Shown: positions 38,669 to 49,032 of the stretch, one piece after another | How the letters are laid out: every line of letters starts with the position of its first letter | Position numbering within the stretch: the first letter of the stretch is position 1 | Source: a virus | Reading direction: 5' to 3' (one strand) | Length of the DNA: 64,000 nucleotides | Virus record (IMG/VR): IMGVR_UViG_3300006919_000043 | Span: 13,727-77,726 of that record | Position numbers and translations under genes: made by a program | Notes under the pieces: model-generated | The model's database searches: none | What the model was told of the DNA's origin: nothing | Seen by the model: the letters and a program-made list of their open reading frames with translations, nothing else

Positions 38669-39928
38669 TCAAATCCCTATCAACTGTTCAACTGCGGCAA
38701 ATCCTATGTTAAATGTATATACCGAATCACCTGCCGCATAGGCTGGGGTGAAAGTCTGTATTACACCGGGTATTGCCACCTTTTGCCGGAAAAAGGGATT
38801 CGGTCTATTCGGCACGCCTCCTTCAACAGTAATAGGATCAAAGGGTTCGGTGTTTTCTTCGGAGGGATAGTCCGTGCCCGGTCCGGAAGGTATGATAAAT
38901 TGCCTCAAAACCTCACCACTTGCCCCAGCAGTTATCATGGATTCGTAAGGCACCCTTAAACCAACGATATACTTCTTTACCGATGCGGATTCATCTATGT
39001 TTAACAATTTAGAAACATCTAACGATGATAGCGAATCGGGCAATTCAACTAAATCACCAGTCAAGGCTTGCGGAGAAATCATACCACCACCAGCCGAAGC
39101 GTTCATGGTCATGTTTAGTAAATCTTGAACCTTATCGCCTTTGCTTTTTCGTGAACCGCTTACACCGCCAGTAAAAGCCGATACAAAGAATGAGTCAGTC
39201 CACACGCTGGTATTTGCTATCGTTACATCAGCCCTCTTTATCACTGGCCTATTGCCCTTTTCGCTTTTTACCTTATTTGTGATAGTGACCTTAGCGTTGC
39301 CCTGCCCTACTGAAAAATTGTTGCTCAATATTTGGTTTGCACCTGCGTTTATTGACACATCAACAAGGGTGTTTATCGCTACTCCCCCTCCATTGACAAG
39401 AACATTTGAAGCACCACCAAGAGCCGTTTGTATGGCTGTGGCAACAGCCCCTATGTTATTGGCCGCTTGTATGTTGATAGGGATCATAGATTCATTACCA
39501 ACTACCGGTGATATTGCGCCAGTCTTGTCGAACCTCAAAACAATTGATTCGCCATTCCCTGCATCAACTTGACCAGCAGTGCTGAACACTATTTCTTTAC
39601 CATGCAATTCATCTCTCAAATTTTGCCCAGTGGGAGATGTAATCGAAAGTGTGTTGCTCAATTGTGAAGCCCATGAAGTGTAATTACCTGTTGCTCTTGT
39701 CATATCAACAACGCATGATGCGGCACTACCAGCCGAAGCAAACTCATCATCAGTAATTATACCATCAATGGTAATCGCCAGCATATTACTATTGAGATCT
39801 AATGCGGCACGGGTGGCAACAATCGGTATAGGCCATGTCGCTACACCCCTTGTAACAGCAAAGGATATTGCCGAGGCTTTCAATTCAATAACTTGCCCAT
39901 CTTTACGAATCAATTGTATCATTGGCAT
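38669..39928 (-). CDS. Distal tail/baseplate protein with inserted domain
   Basis: Immediately follows the TMP; ITIDGII...GVIQTFTP...YTFNIGF. Confidence 0.55.
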   Translation of the reverse strand: MPMIQLIRKDGQVIELKASAISFAVTRGVATWPIPIVATRAALDLNSNMLAITIDGIITDDEFASAGSAASCVVDMTRATGNYTSWASQLSNTLSITSPTGQNLRDELHGKEIVFSTAGQVDAGNGESIVLRFDKTGAISPVVGNESMIPINIQAANNIGAVATAIQTALGGASNVLVNGGGVAINTLVDVSINAGANQILSNNFSVGQGNAKVTITNKVKSEKGNRPVIKRADVTIANTSVWTDSFFVSAFTGGVSGSRKSKGDKVQDLLNMTMNASAGGGMISPQALTGDLVELPDSLSSLDVSKLLNIDESASVKKYIVGLRVPYESMITAGASGEVLRQFIIPSGPGTDYPSEENTEPFDPITVEGGVPNRPNPFFRQKVAIPGVIQTFTPAYAAGDSVYTFNIGFAAVEQLIGI

Positions 39929-39930
39929 GA

Positions 39931-41505
39931 CTAAATCCCCCTACTAAATCCACCTTGTCTTGAACGGTTCTTGAACAATCGCCCAACTTCTTCGCCCACC
40001 ATTCGTGCTATCTTACGGGGGTCGCCATTCGCACCGCTTACATTGATGTTGACTGTGGTTTCTCCGCCTCCCAAGCCGCCCGCACTTTGTATTGTCACAG
40101 GTATGGTTCGACCATCGGGTAGTGGCACTACTGCTTCTGTGCCGTGCAATTCAGCAGGGTAGCCGGACTTAGGACCACTTACCACACCACCTTTTGCCAG
40201 TTTGAGTCCACCGATGTCAATTTCCGGAATATCCTTAAACGGATTGATTTTGTTAAATACACCAATTACTTTGTTCAATAACTTCAATGCTGGTGAAACA
40301 AAGTCAATTATGCTGTTAATAAATTGCTTGAAGAATGCTTTGACTCCGCCTAATACATCTTTCCAAACATCACCAATTGATATTAGAATCTCCTTGACCT
40401 TACCAAAGTCACCACGCAGTAATGCTACAAACGCACTAACAAGTTTCATGGCGGTTCTAACAATACCCATGAATACGGTCAGTATCATACCAAATGCGGC
40501 CATCAGCATTTTGTAGTAAGGTGCAACATACGGATATACGAAACGCACGATCCTAATTACAATAGAAATGATAGCCGCCGCAAGGAACACTACGGTTGCT
40601 ATAATCTCACTTACTAACTGGATTATGTCACCTATGAAAGCAAATATGCCGGAATTGACCAAGAAATCCATAAGATATTGGAATAATCCGACAACCATAT
40701 CGAAGAATTGTTGAACACCACCGTCACCAAGCGCACCCATTATCATATCCCATGCGTCAGCAAACCCTTCGTAAATTGTAACAATTCCGTCAAGCACTGC
40801 TTGTAAGAAACCGGACTCGGCTAATGCTGTAATTAAAGACATGATAACTTCGCTTATCATTGTCCAATAACCCATAAACAATTCAACCACAAATGTTAGC
40901 CCCTCAACAACCTTATCCACTACTGTTTGGAAATCAAGACCTTCGGGCAGTGTTAAATTGTCTTTGAGGGTTTGCCATGTTTCCTTTATTCTCGCAATAG
41001 CATCATCAATTGCACCCATCAGTCCACCGATGATTGGCAGATCTTCCAACCACTTTCTAAGTGAACCTCCACCTGTATCGAAAGCGGCGACGAGTAACAT
41101 AACGACACCTACCACCCCCATCATTAGCCCCATAAGCGGTAGTATAGACATCAATAACCCCTTGAAGAAACCACCAACCCCTTTGACTACACCGCCAAGC
41201 AACAAAAATGGTGCGGCAAGGACTGTGGCCGCTACACCCATGCGCTCACTGGAATCTTCGGTTTTGTCAGCCGATTCTTCCATAGTGTTGCCTAAATCTT
41301 GTGCTGGCTTGTTGGCATCTGTGAAGGTTGAGGTTAGACTCTTTACGGCCATATCCACTTTCATATATGTTTTCATCAAAGGACCGAATACTTTGAGCAA
41401 TACACGGGTTTTGTCCGGTAAAACTGTCAAGACATCGTTAAATTCTTGATAGGTAGCAATCAAATCCGCCATAGCGTAATTGTTTTGCTTTAACGAATTA
41501 GCCAT
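39931..41505 (-). CDS. Tape measure protein
   Basis: Amphipathic/hydrophobic helical repeats; C-terminal LAKGGVV.GP...HGTEAVVPL; follows the tail chaperones. Confidence 0.88.
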   Translation of the reverse strand: MANSLKQNNYAMADLIATYQEFNDVLTVLPDKTRVLLKVFGPLMKTYMKVDMAVKSLTSTFTDANKPAQDLGNTMEESADKTEDSSERMGVAATVLAAPFLLLGGVVKGVGGFFKGLLMSILPLMGLMMGVVGVVMLLVAAFDTGGGSLRKWLEDLPIIGGLMGAIDDAIARIKETWQTLKDNLTLPEGLDFQTVVDKVVEGLTFVVELFMGYWTMISEVIMSLITALAESGFLQAVLDGIVTIYEGFADAWDMIMGALGDGGVQQFFDMVVGLFQYLMDFLVNSGIFAFIGDIIQLVSEIIATVVFLAAAIISIVIRIVRFVYPYVAPYYKMLMAAFGMILTVFMGIVRTAMKLVSAFVALLRGDFGKVKEILISIGDVWKDVLGGVKAFFKQFINSIIDFVSPALKLLNKVIGVFNKINPFKDIPEIDIGGLKLAKGGVVSGPKSGYPAELHGTEAVVPLPDGRTIPVTIQSAGGLGGGETTVNINVSGANGDPRKIARMVGEEVGRLFKNRSRQGGFSRGI

Positions 41506-41838
41506 CTTGATACCCCAGTTTTGCGTTCATGCGTTCAAAGAAGTCAGCGTCACTTGTTGTTTTTACGCTACGCCCCTTATTACCGCCCACATCGTTCTCA
41601 CGCTTTAATTTCTCCATCTCATTGGCTTCGATTTCTTTATATGTGGACAAAATATAGTAATCCATGATTACCTGTTCGGGTGGCATGTTATCCCACGCTT
41701 GTGGAGAACACTTGAAAAAATGGGCGAGAAAAAACACTGGTAATCTGTGTGCAATCACTGGGATTTTGTATTCATCAATTGGCGAACCGCCCTCTCCATC
41801 CCAAGTCATGAATGACCGAACATCGTCAAGGGTTATCC
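41498..41838 (-). CDS. Tail assembly chaperone, frameshift-extended (gpT-like) part
   Basis: The -1 frame is open from the slippery site into MTWDGEGG...; lies just before the TMP. Confidence 0.8.
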
Positions 41839-42204
41839 CAAAGGGGCTGAACCGCCCGCAATACCACGCATCAAATCCTCAAACGAAGGCAGTAAAGATT
41901 GTAATGCTTCACCGACTTCGGGCTTGATGTTTAGCAATTGAGATGTTGTCAATGATGGTTCGGTCTTTTCAATACATGTTGTAATTACGAATTTCCAATA
42001 CCCACCAAAGTCAATTTTTGGTGTCATATCTCCACCATCAGCACTAATACTAACGAATTTTGTCAAAGCGTTTTGACGCTCAAGCCAAGTCAATTGCTTG
42101 ACCCACACTTTCATTTCGCCAAATGGCGTTTCAATTGTATGTTCGTCTGCTTCGTTTCCAATCAATAAATCATTCGCTGTCGCTTTCTCCGCCATCTGTT
42201 TCAC
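41833..42204 (-). CDS. Tail assembly chaperone (gpG-like)
   Basis: Between tail tube and TMP; ends in the slippery sequence. Confidence 0.8.
   Translation of the reverse strand: MKQMAEKATANDLLIGNEADEHTIETPFGEMKVWVKQLTWLERQNALTKFVSISADGGDMTPKIDFGGYWKFVITTCIEKTEPSLTTSQLLNIKPEVGEALQSLLPSFEDLMRGIAGGSAPLG
41839..41845 (-). promoter_or_regulatory. Programmed -1 frameshift slippery heptamer C CCT TTG
   Basis: XXXYYYZ in the correct phase, one codon before the stop; the -1 frame continues GITLDDVRSFMTW. Confidence 0.8.
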
Positions 42205-42535
42205 CTTCGGTTACTGGCTCGGCTTCACCTGCATCATCTTCGCTCAAGCGAGCGATAAGATCTGCTTTCAGTCCGGTAGTATCAAGACCACGCTGGCTAC
42301 ACAAGACCTGCAATTCGGTCTTGTTCATATCGCCATATTCTTTGCTCTCCACTACCGGTGCCTCAACAGCCACTTCCGGTGATGATGTCGGTTCAACAAC
42401 AGGAACAGTGCTTGCGGAAACTTCTATGCCTTGTGCTGAAACACCAACGCCTTCAATAATCCGGCCATTGGCAATAGTCCAATTCAAAAATTCCCTGCGC
42501 CCTGCGATTTCAACATATCCTGTTAGCCTTACCAT
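42170..42535 (-). CDS. SAP-domain protein
   Basis: MNKTELQVLCSQRGLDTTGLKADLIARL is a SAP motif. Confidence 0.75.
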   Translation of the reverse strand: MVRLTGYVEIAGRREFLNWTIANGRIIEGVGVSAQGIEVSASTVPVVEPTSSPEVAVEAPVVESKEYGDMNKTELQVLCSQRGLDTTGLKADLIARLSEDDAGEAEPVTEGETDGGESDSE

Positions 42536-42572
42536 TATTCTCACCCTTGTCATGCTTGTTAATTAACTTTAT

Positions 42573-44852
42573 TCAAATGATGTAATACGGGTTATGCTCT
42601 TGAACCTTTAGATGTCGGACAGCAAACTCCACGCTTGCAGTTACCGGTCCTTTATCGTCGGGCATTGGATGTTCCGCTTTCATCAAAGTATAATCTTCAA
42701 GTGTAATTGTGCCTCTTTGTCTTGTGCCAGCCGAGCCGGGTTTGTTCAAAACCAGTGTGCAATCGTTTGTATTTATGTTGTGCTTACGGGTTCTTAATTC
42801 CTCAAAGAACCTATCATCTTCAACCAGTGCGGTGAATGTGAATGTGTATTCTCTTGCCGCCTCCGTGATTTCCGAAGCATACTGTGTAGCGGCTTCTTGC
42901 ACCTGATCTGCATCAGCATACGCACCATCTGTGCCTCTAATGTAAAACTGTGCGGTGTTACCATTAGCAATACTGATGTTGACATCTTTTGCTCGCAATA
43001 CGGTAGCACCAAAGGCACTGAATAACATGTGCTGGAATAGGTATGGCTTTTCGCCATTGACAGCGATACCGGACACACTACGCTTGGTTATGTCATTTGC
43101 AGTGTTCTCAAACATACGGTGCGGTGTAATGAATTGGTTGTTGGTGTCTTTGAACATGCGTGTTGCTTCAAAGTTAGTGGTCATTTTTAACTCACCTTCA
43201 CTGTCAGCAGTTAGACTCAAATCACTCACTTTACAACCGGAGAACACCCGTAGCATTTGGTTTGTGCCCGGTGTTGTATCGGTGGTGCGGAATGATTGCT
43301 CAAAGCAAAAGGTCGGTAGTGTAGTGTAACCAAAGAAATTATGCTCAACACCATTCTTTAATTCGCCAGTGGACAATAGTGCTGGTGAGCCACGCTCATG
43401 CGCTACTGTGCCGTCAAGAGTATATTGTAGTCTTTCCACACCACATGATGCGGCTACATGGTCGAATAAGAATGGTTCTTCGACATAGATGTAGCCATGA
43501 TCTTGACCGTTAGCACTACCCTTTCCGATAACCCTACGGATTTCATGTTTGTTTAATGTGGGTGCTGTAACATCAGCACCCGGCACTTGAACAGTATCTT
43601 TGTCGAAGATTTGAATGTAATCACCAAGAGTAAATTTGTCGGCATTGGTTGTTGAAAGTTTGATGCGTATATCGCCAGCAGTTACAGCAAGGGTTGGTTG
43701 AGCCAGTAAGTAAAGTGGCACACCGACAGTCTGTGCCCTTAGTTTAGCATCTGTATCAATGTCAGCCAAGCCATCTATTTGTGCGTTAGCCAGTGATGTA
43801 TATGAGCCAAGTAAAGGCGCACCTGCGGCACTTAGCACCTTGAACAGCCCTGCGGCTGGTGCATCTTCAAAGATTGAAGCAAAGCCAGTGATGTTTCCAC
43901 CAGCAGTGCTGATTTGTGCATCGGTAGCACCTGCCGCCGCAACGGTCAATCCACCTATCAATACATCTTTGCCAACATGTCCAGCAGTGTCAAGACCTGC
44001 TACACCTGTTCCAGCATTGTCAATAGCCGTTATAGTGGTGTCAAGAACCGGTGTGTCAAATGTGTTTTGTGCGGCGTATGTCATGTCGGTGACATTTGTT
44101 TTGAGATTTAATGGGGTTGCTGTTATAGTTTCCGAAGCATCACAGTGAGCAAACTCACCTACGCTCTTTGCAGTGTGCCCACCCAAAGCATATTTCCACA
44201 TCTTCAATGAATGTGCATTCAAGTCCATAGAACCACCAGCAAGAGTTTCCTTGCCCGATGTTAGAACATTCACATCACGCCCCATGCCGATGATGTGTTG
44301 CTTTCTAACATCTATCTCCGGTTCGGGTAGTGTGAATGAGTTAAGCAATCCTAAGAATTGGTCGGTTTTGACTCTTTCATCGCCACCACTTGCTACTGCA
44401 CCTGCTGTGCAATTGTGGTCGTATGTTGGAACACGCAGTGAATCAATAATGAAGAAATCGCCTGTGTTTGCAGTGGCCGGATTGGTTGCCAATCTCGGTG
44501 TGACGGTTATGGTAGCATCATCGTTTGCAGTGATGTAGTATGTTCGCTTTGTTGTTGGAAAGTGATCGGCAGTGAAAGCGTTGCTACCGCCCGATGAATA
44601 GATACGCAGTGTAGCACCAATCAACATACCATTGGGCACCATCATGTGCCCATCGGTGTCAACCCAATACATGGCTTCACCGATAGTAATTATACTACTG
44701 TTCTCGGTGTTGCCGTTGGCTGTTGACCAGCCCGATGTGGCACTACCTCCGCCCGCTACATTGGTTCCTTGTCCTACTAATCCGGTTTCTTTGCCCATAG
44801 ATATTTCAATTAAATCTCCCTTGAATACTTGATTTACTGGCATATTTATCAT
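42573..44852 (-). CDS. Major tail tube protein with large inserted domains
   Basis: FLGLLNSFTLPEPE...GGSMDL; LPTFCFEQ...FSGCKVSDLSLTA...VNISIANG...REYTFTF. Confidence 0.75.
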   Translation of the reverse strand: MINMPVNQVFKGDLIEISMGKETGLVGQGTNVAGGGSATSGWSTANGNTENSSIITIGEAMYWVDTDGHMMVPNGMLIGATLRIYSSGGSNAFTADHFPTTKRTYYITANDDATITVTPRLATNPATANTGDFFIIDSLRVPTYDHNCTAGAVASGGDERVKTDQFLGLLNSFTLPEPEIDVRKQHIIGMGRDVNVLTSGKETLAGGSMDLNAHSLKMWKYALGGHTAKSVGEFAHCDASETITATPLNLKTNVTDMTYAAQNTFDTPVLDTTITAIDNAGTGVAGLDTAGHVGKDVLIGGLTVAAAGATDAQISTAGGNITGFASIFEDAPAAGLFKVLSAAGAPLLGSYTSLANAQIDGLADIDTDAKLRAQTVGVPLYLLAQPTLAVTAGDIRIKLSTTNADKFTLGDYIQIFDKDTVQVPGADVTAPTLNKHEIRRVIGKGSANGQDHGYIYVEEPFLFDHVAASCGVERLQYTLDGTVAHERGSPALLSTGELKNGVEHNFFGYTTLPTFCFEQSFRTTDTTPGTNQMLRVFSGCKVSDLSLTADSEGELKMTTNFEATRMFKDTNNQFITPHRMFENTANDITKRSVSGIAVNGEKPYLFQHMLFSAFGATVLRAKDVNISIANGNTAQFYIRGTDGAYADADQVQEAATQYASEITEAAREYTFTFTALVEDDRFFEELRTRKHNINTNDCTLVLNKPGSAGTRQRGTITLEDYTLMKAEHPMPDDKGPVTASVEFAVRHLKVQEHNPYYII

Positions 44853-44853
44853 C

Positions 44854-45285
44854 TCATAATGTTGGTAATGGTTGGGCGAAAATTATACATTCGGCTTGCA
44901 TCGTGTATCGGAACAACCTCTTGCTACGGTCCGACAAGTCGGTTCGGGTCTTGAAGATTACCCTATCAAAGTTAACATTATCGCCCTTTCTCACCAAATG
45001 TAGTATGCGCCGAACCTCATCTCTAAGCGTGCTAAGACGCTTACGACTTTTTACGGTGCGTATGTCAATGGTAAGATTGATGTGTTCATTAACGAAGTCA
45101 AACAGCAATTCCGGCTGTGCTTCGTTATGTGCTGTTTCAAAGACACGAATAATGTCATGATCTTGTAGTCGTGTTCTTTTACCCTCGCCAGCCTCAAGGG
45201 TAGCAATATCCAAGATAGAAGGCTTGGGCGAAACATTCCAATTACTGTTCAAAGCAGTAACAATACCATCAATAGCATCGGTCAT
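44854..45285 (-). CDS. Tail terminator/completion protein
   Basis: Position before the tail tube; LTIDIRT...DEVRRIL...LFRYTM. Confidence 0.6.
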   Translation of the reverse strand: MTDAIDGIVTALNSNWNVSPKPSILDIATLEAGEGKRTRLQDHDIIRVFETAHNEAQPELLFDFVNEHINLTIDIRTVKSRKRLSTLRDEVRRILHLVRKGDNVNFDRVIFKTRTDLSDRSKRLFRYTMQAECIIFAQPLPTL

Positions 45286-45560
45286 TGTTTCATCGCCTCC
45301 ATAAATTTAGACTCGGCGGCCTTTACATCAAGTGCGAAAGGGCTTGCCTTTTTATGTGCCTCCATTACAACCGCTAATTCTTCTTCGGATTTAGGTTCAA
45401 CGGTTTCAGCATCTTCACTATCCATGTTCTTTTCTTCTATCATTAGCCTCTCAAGGTGTGCTGGCTCACTGGCCTCTTGTGTTCGCATAGCGACAAGCAA
45501 CTCTTTCAGTGCTTTACCAGCATCGTCACCAAACTGTATGAGATCTTCCACATCAACCAC
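45282..45560 (-). CDS. Hypothetical neck-region protein
   Basis: Coupled acidic ORF. Confidence 0.6.
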   Translation of the reverse strand: MVDVEDLIQFGDDAGKALKELLVAMRTQEASEPAHLERLMIEEKNMDSEDAETVEPKSEEELAVVMEAHKKASPFALDVKAAESKFMEAMKQ

Positions 45561-47196
45561 CCATACCTGCTACAATAATTGACTCTTGGAACGGCACCAA
45601 TAACTTAGCAACCTCCGCTTCTAACTTTTGGTGCTTGGTGTTAATGTCCATGTTTGATGTTCCTTCGGGGAATAGCACCGAATAATCATCGGACATCAGT
45701 ATATCCATGACTACCAATTTGGTGCAAGCCTCTTGTATTGAACCCTCAACATATCTCTCACCGTAAATATATGCACATCTCAAAGAATGGTTTTCAAAGA
45801 AAGGATATTCATTGTTGAATGCAATCATGCCGTTCTCTTCGATAGACCACCATGACTTTTGCCTTTCTTCGTCTGTGATGTCGCACTTGAATCTATTTTG
45901 CCTAATTACTACATCTTGAATTAGTGTGGCCGCATTGTCAAAGTCATTTTGTTCATCATTGACAATAGTGAATGTGTTGCCACTGCGAGTTACCAACGCT
46001 ATCTTATTTTGATTTCCTACCGTATAATACACCAATGAATGACCCTTGACGAACCCTGTTCCATCGTCAACAGTAAATGATGTAACCGGATTTCCTGTTA
46101 CTGAAACAACCTTGCTTTGTTTGGTGGTCGTTAGTCTTGCATCAATGACCACTGCTGTGTCGTTTGTGACAGCCAGTGTGGCATTTTCTCCACCTTCAGT
46201 GCTACGCATACTGCTAATCTCAATTACACCATCTCCCATATCGCTGTTAGCAAGTCCTAAAAATTCATTATGAACATTCAATGTGCTGTCGGAGGCTGAT
46301 TCCGATTCAACGGTCAAACTACCTATTGGAACAGCCGCCTTGCTAAACGCAGGGTCTTTATTGACCAAAGCCGATAGGTTTTCAGCCGCACTTTTGTTAT
46401 CAAAGTCGGCTCTCCATTTTGTTTGTGCATCACTGCCTTCGGTTAGGGTGGCTACACCATTAGCACCCGGACATAGCAGTATTGATTCGCCAACCATAGC
46501 CGTATGATCGTTGAATCTTAATGCCGCACGGGCACCAGCCATCTCACGATAATAGTCGCCTTGCCAAGCCCCCAACTTCAACACACGCTGGATAGCCCCC
46601 CTTTTCATGAATACTGCACCTACATAATCAGTATAGTATCGCCTTCGGAATGGCTTGAAAGTGGTAAAGTTTTGATATTCTTCGGCCACCAATCGGGGTC
46701 GCCATGAATGTCTTGTAACCTTGTCAATGTAATCTTGCCTGTTAGCAATTAAGTGCTTCACATGGTCAAGTTTTATGCCACGCTCATTACTGTTAGTGAA
46801 CGCTGATTGGTGTTGAACATAGGCTTGGTTGTTTGTGGTAAAGGACTCCGGTGTTGTTTGGTCAGCCGCAACAGCCACCAAATATACCTGTCCGGCTGAA
46901 CCGACTGATTCAATCCCTGTCAATTTGTATATGTTGCCGACAGCGTTTGCATTATCATACACAAGAACGCTCTCCCCTGCCGCATAGCCCCAGCGTCTAA
47001 AGTCAGCACCGGTTATTGGAAATTTGATGTAGTCCACTGTAAGGACTGTGGCAACAACAGTATCACCTGCTAAGGCCACAGGATCCGGCAAAGGCAATTG
47101 AAGATACTCGCTAACCTTTTCCGGTGTTGTATATACCGTTTCATAAGGGTATAACGGTGAATCGGGTCTATGTCCGGGTGAAAAGGACTTTGGCAT
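45553..47196 (-). CDS. Head-tail adaptor (neck) protein with insertions
   Basis: YTTPEKVSEYL...IDKVTRHSW...Y.YG...IQEACTKLV pattern of gp15/gp6-like adaptors. Confidence 0.7.
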   Translation of the reverse strand: MPKSFSPGHRPDSPLYPYETVYTTPEKVSEYLQLPLPDPVALAGDTVVATVLTVDYIKFPITGADFRRWGYAAGESVLVYDNANAVGNIYKLTGIESVGSAGQVYLVAVAADQTTPESFTTNNQAYVQHQSAFTNSNERGIKLDHVKHLIANRQDYIDKVTRHSWRPRLVAEEYQNFTTFKPFRRRYYTDYVGAVFMKRGAIQRVLKLGAWQGDYYREMAGARAALRFNDHTAMVGESILLCPGANGVATLTEGSDAQTKWRADFDNKSAAENLSALVNKDPAFSKAAVPIGSLTVESESASDSTLNVHNEFLGLANSDMGDGVIEISSMRSTEGGENATLAVTNDTAVVIDARLTTTKQSKVVSVTGNPVTSFTVDDGTGFVKGHSLVYYTVGNQNKIALVTRSGNTFTIVNDEQNDFDNAATLIQDVVIRQNRFKCDITDEERQKSWWSIEENGMIAFNNEYPFFENHSLRCAYIYGERYVEGSIQEACTKLVVMDILMSDDYSVLFPEGTSNMDINTKHQKLEAEVAKLLVPFQESIIVAGMGG

Positions 47197-47528
47197 TACC
47201 TAAGCCCCCTACTCAAACCATGACTACCAAGATTGAATCCCATAGGCGCACCACACGCACCACACTGGGGTGTCCAACAAAAGTGTAAGCAACCGCAAGT
47301 TAAGCACCGTGTTCCGGAACCTATGTTCTGTATGTCTTTGCGATCTTTGGATTTGAGCATAATACGCTTTGTTGTAGCATGTTTCATGTTTTCTTTGGAG
47401 AAAGGACTCTCCGATTCATGGATAGATGATTTGTTTGCATTGGCGATTTCCGCCATACGGACACGCCTACGCTTTTCAATGTCAATGACTTCTCCTAAGT
47501 CAATGTCCTCAATTTCCATGCGTGCCAT
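47196..47528 (-). CDS. Zn-ribbon protein
   Basis: CLTCGCLHFCWTPQCGACG. Confidence 0.7.
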   Translation of the reverse strand: MARMEIEDIDLGEVIDIEKRRRVRMAEIANANKSSIHESESPFSKENMKHATTKRIMLKSKDRKDIQNIGSGTRCLTCGCLHFCWTPQCGACGAPMGFNLGSHGLSRGLR

Positions 47529-47552
47529 TTGATGCCACCCCTTGAGGCAACA

Positions 47553-47939
47553 TCAGCGACCGCCAGTAATAATGATTTCAGCCGTTGCACCGTCTAAATC
47601 ACTGCTGTTGTTGGCTAATTGAATCAAAGCAAGTCCACCTGCCGCCGCCGCAGTGGGCTTGTCAACAGCGTTACCACTGGCTTCTGTGCTACTGGCAAAC
47701 GCCATTATTTTCTTATTTGCATAATCGTATCTTAGTAAGAGTCCACCAATTCCTTTGTTTGGTATGGTTTTTACAATAATATCAACGCTATCGGGCGTTC
47801 CGACATACGCTGTTGCGTCAAATTCTTCTCCGCCTGTTGGATAAGAATTGTCAAATGTTACATTAACAAAAGAGGTAATTCTAGATCCTACTACATTGTT
47901 TCTTTTCGACTGTGTGATAGTTAGTGCCATGTTGCTCAA
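47553..47939 (-). CDS. Putative capsid decoration/minor virion protein
   Basis: FDNSYPTGGE...YDYANKKIMAF; downstream of the MCP. Confidence 0.55.
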   Translation of the reverse strand: MSNMALTITQSKRNNVVGSRITSFVNVTFDNSYPTGGEEFDATAYVGTPDSVDIIVKTIPNKGIGGLLLRYDYANKKIMAFASSTEASGNAVDKPTAAAAGGLALIQLANNSSDLDGATAEIIITGGR

Positions 47940-47973
47940 CTCAAGGGAATGTGTCAGTGGTCATAAAGGTTGC

Positions 47974-48549
47974 TCAAGAATAAAGGATTGTCATACGGAT
48001 TGCACCAGTGTCAGCCGCCCATGCGGCTTGACACGCAATAGTGAAACCAACTTTACCACAGACCCTACCAGTCCACGGTTGATTTTTGTTAATTACGGTT
48101 GCCGTGCCGCCTGTGTTAGTAACCTTTGGTGCGGCTGGTGTGCTATGTCCACTTAGTCCAACTGATACGGATAAAGCATGTTCCATAGTGCCTTGAGCCG
48201 CACCTTCATTGGTTTGAAATTTATACACACGGTTTGAGCCTTTGTTGGTAAAGTCCAGTGATGTAATAACATTACAGTATAGGTTTGAACCCCCGCTTAG
48301 AAGGGTGTAGTCTTTGTTGTCAATACCAAAAGAACCTTTTACAGTGTCAGCGTCATTGTTAGAAGTCAGTTTAGATTGACTCACATCTAAAATTACCATG
48401 TGTATGTCGCCATTCAAATTAACTTGTGCTGATGCGGTGGTGTTACCAGCAAGATCTTCTTGTGTGAAATCATAGACCAATCTATTGACACGGGTTCGAC
48501 CAGCGTATCGTGCTTCGCCATCAAAGATAGTAAAGTCGCTTTGACCCAT
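47974..48549 (-). CDS. Putative virion protein
   Basis: Beta-rich ORF in the head cluster. Confidence 0.55.
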   Translation of the reverse strand: MGQSDFTIFDGEARYAGRTRVNRLVYDFTQEDLAGNTTASAQVNLNGDIHMVILDVSQSKLTSNNDADTVKGSFGIDNKDYTLLSGGSNLYCNVITSLDFTNKGSNRVYKFQTNEGAAQGTMEHALSVSVGLSGHSTPAAPKVTNTGGTATVINKNQPWTGRVCGKVGFTIACQAAWAADTGAIRMTILYS

Positions 48550-49016
48550 TACTGCTCACCCGCCGCATTTTCAAGAAGGGCGTGAGCCATTTCGGTGATT
48601 GCGGCCTTTGTAGCAGATCTTGGAACGCTTTGTCCTCTTGCTTTCATCCACTTGACCATCTCATTTCGTGTCCAAGATTCATTGAAAGCGGAGTCAGCAC
48701 TGCTTGAATCGTCATTCGCTATGGCTTCGACCATTTGCTCGGACTTTTCAACTTCAACCACTGGTTCTTCAACCACTGGTTCCTCAACTACCGGTTCCTC
48801 AATCACTGGTTCAACTGCCTCAACCATCTTTTTGGTTTTCTTTTCAGTTTCAGTTTCTTCAAGAATAACTTTCCACTGCGGGTAGTTATCTCCTTTGAAT
48901 CTGTCAGCCAATTCTTGAGGCACTTCTTGTATGGTTCCTCTTGCGAAACCACGCATTGTGCCGTTAATGGGAAATTCCACATACGCCCTGTGGCCTATGT
49001 ATTGCAGTTTAGGCAA
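48549..49016 (-). CDS. Protein with EEPVV linker and C-terminal HeH/SAP-like domain
   Basis: (EEPVV)n; WTRNEMVKWMKARG..VPRSATKAAI. Confidence 0.65.
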   Translation of the reverse strand: MPKLQYIGHRAYVEFPINGTMRGFARGTIQEVPQELADRFKGDNYPQWKVILEETETEKKTKKMVEAVEPVIEEPVVEEPVVEEPVVEVEKSEQMVEAIANDDSSSADSAFNESWTRNEMVKWMKARGQSVPRSATKAAITEMAHALLENAAGEQ

Positions 49017-49032
49017 CTAAAGCCCCCCAGCA

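Noticed and set aside
42573-44852. Contractile tail sheath (suggested by size)
   Set aside because: Tube-like motifs, position before the G/GT chaperone and TMP, and no separate tube gene favour a tube with insertions.
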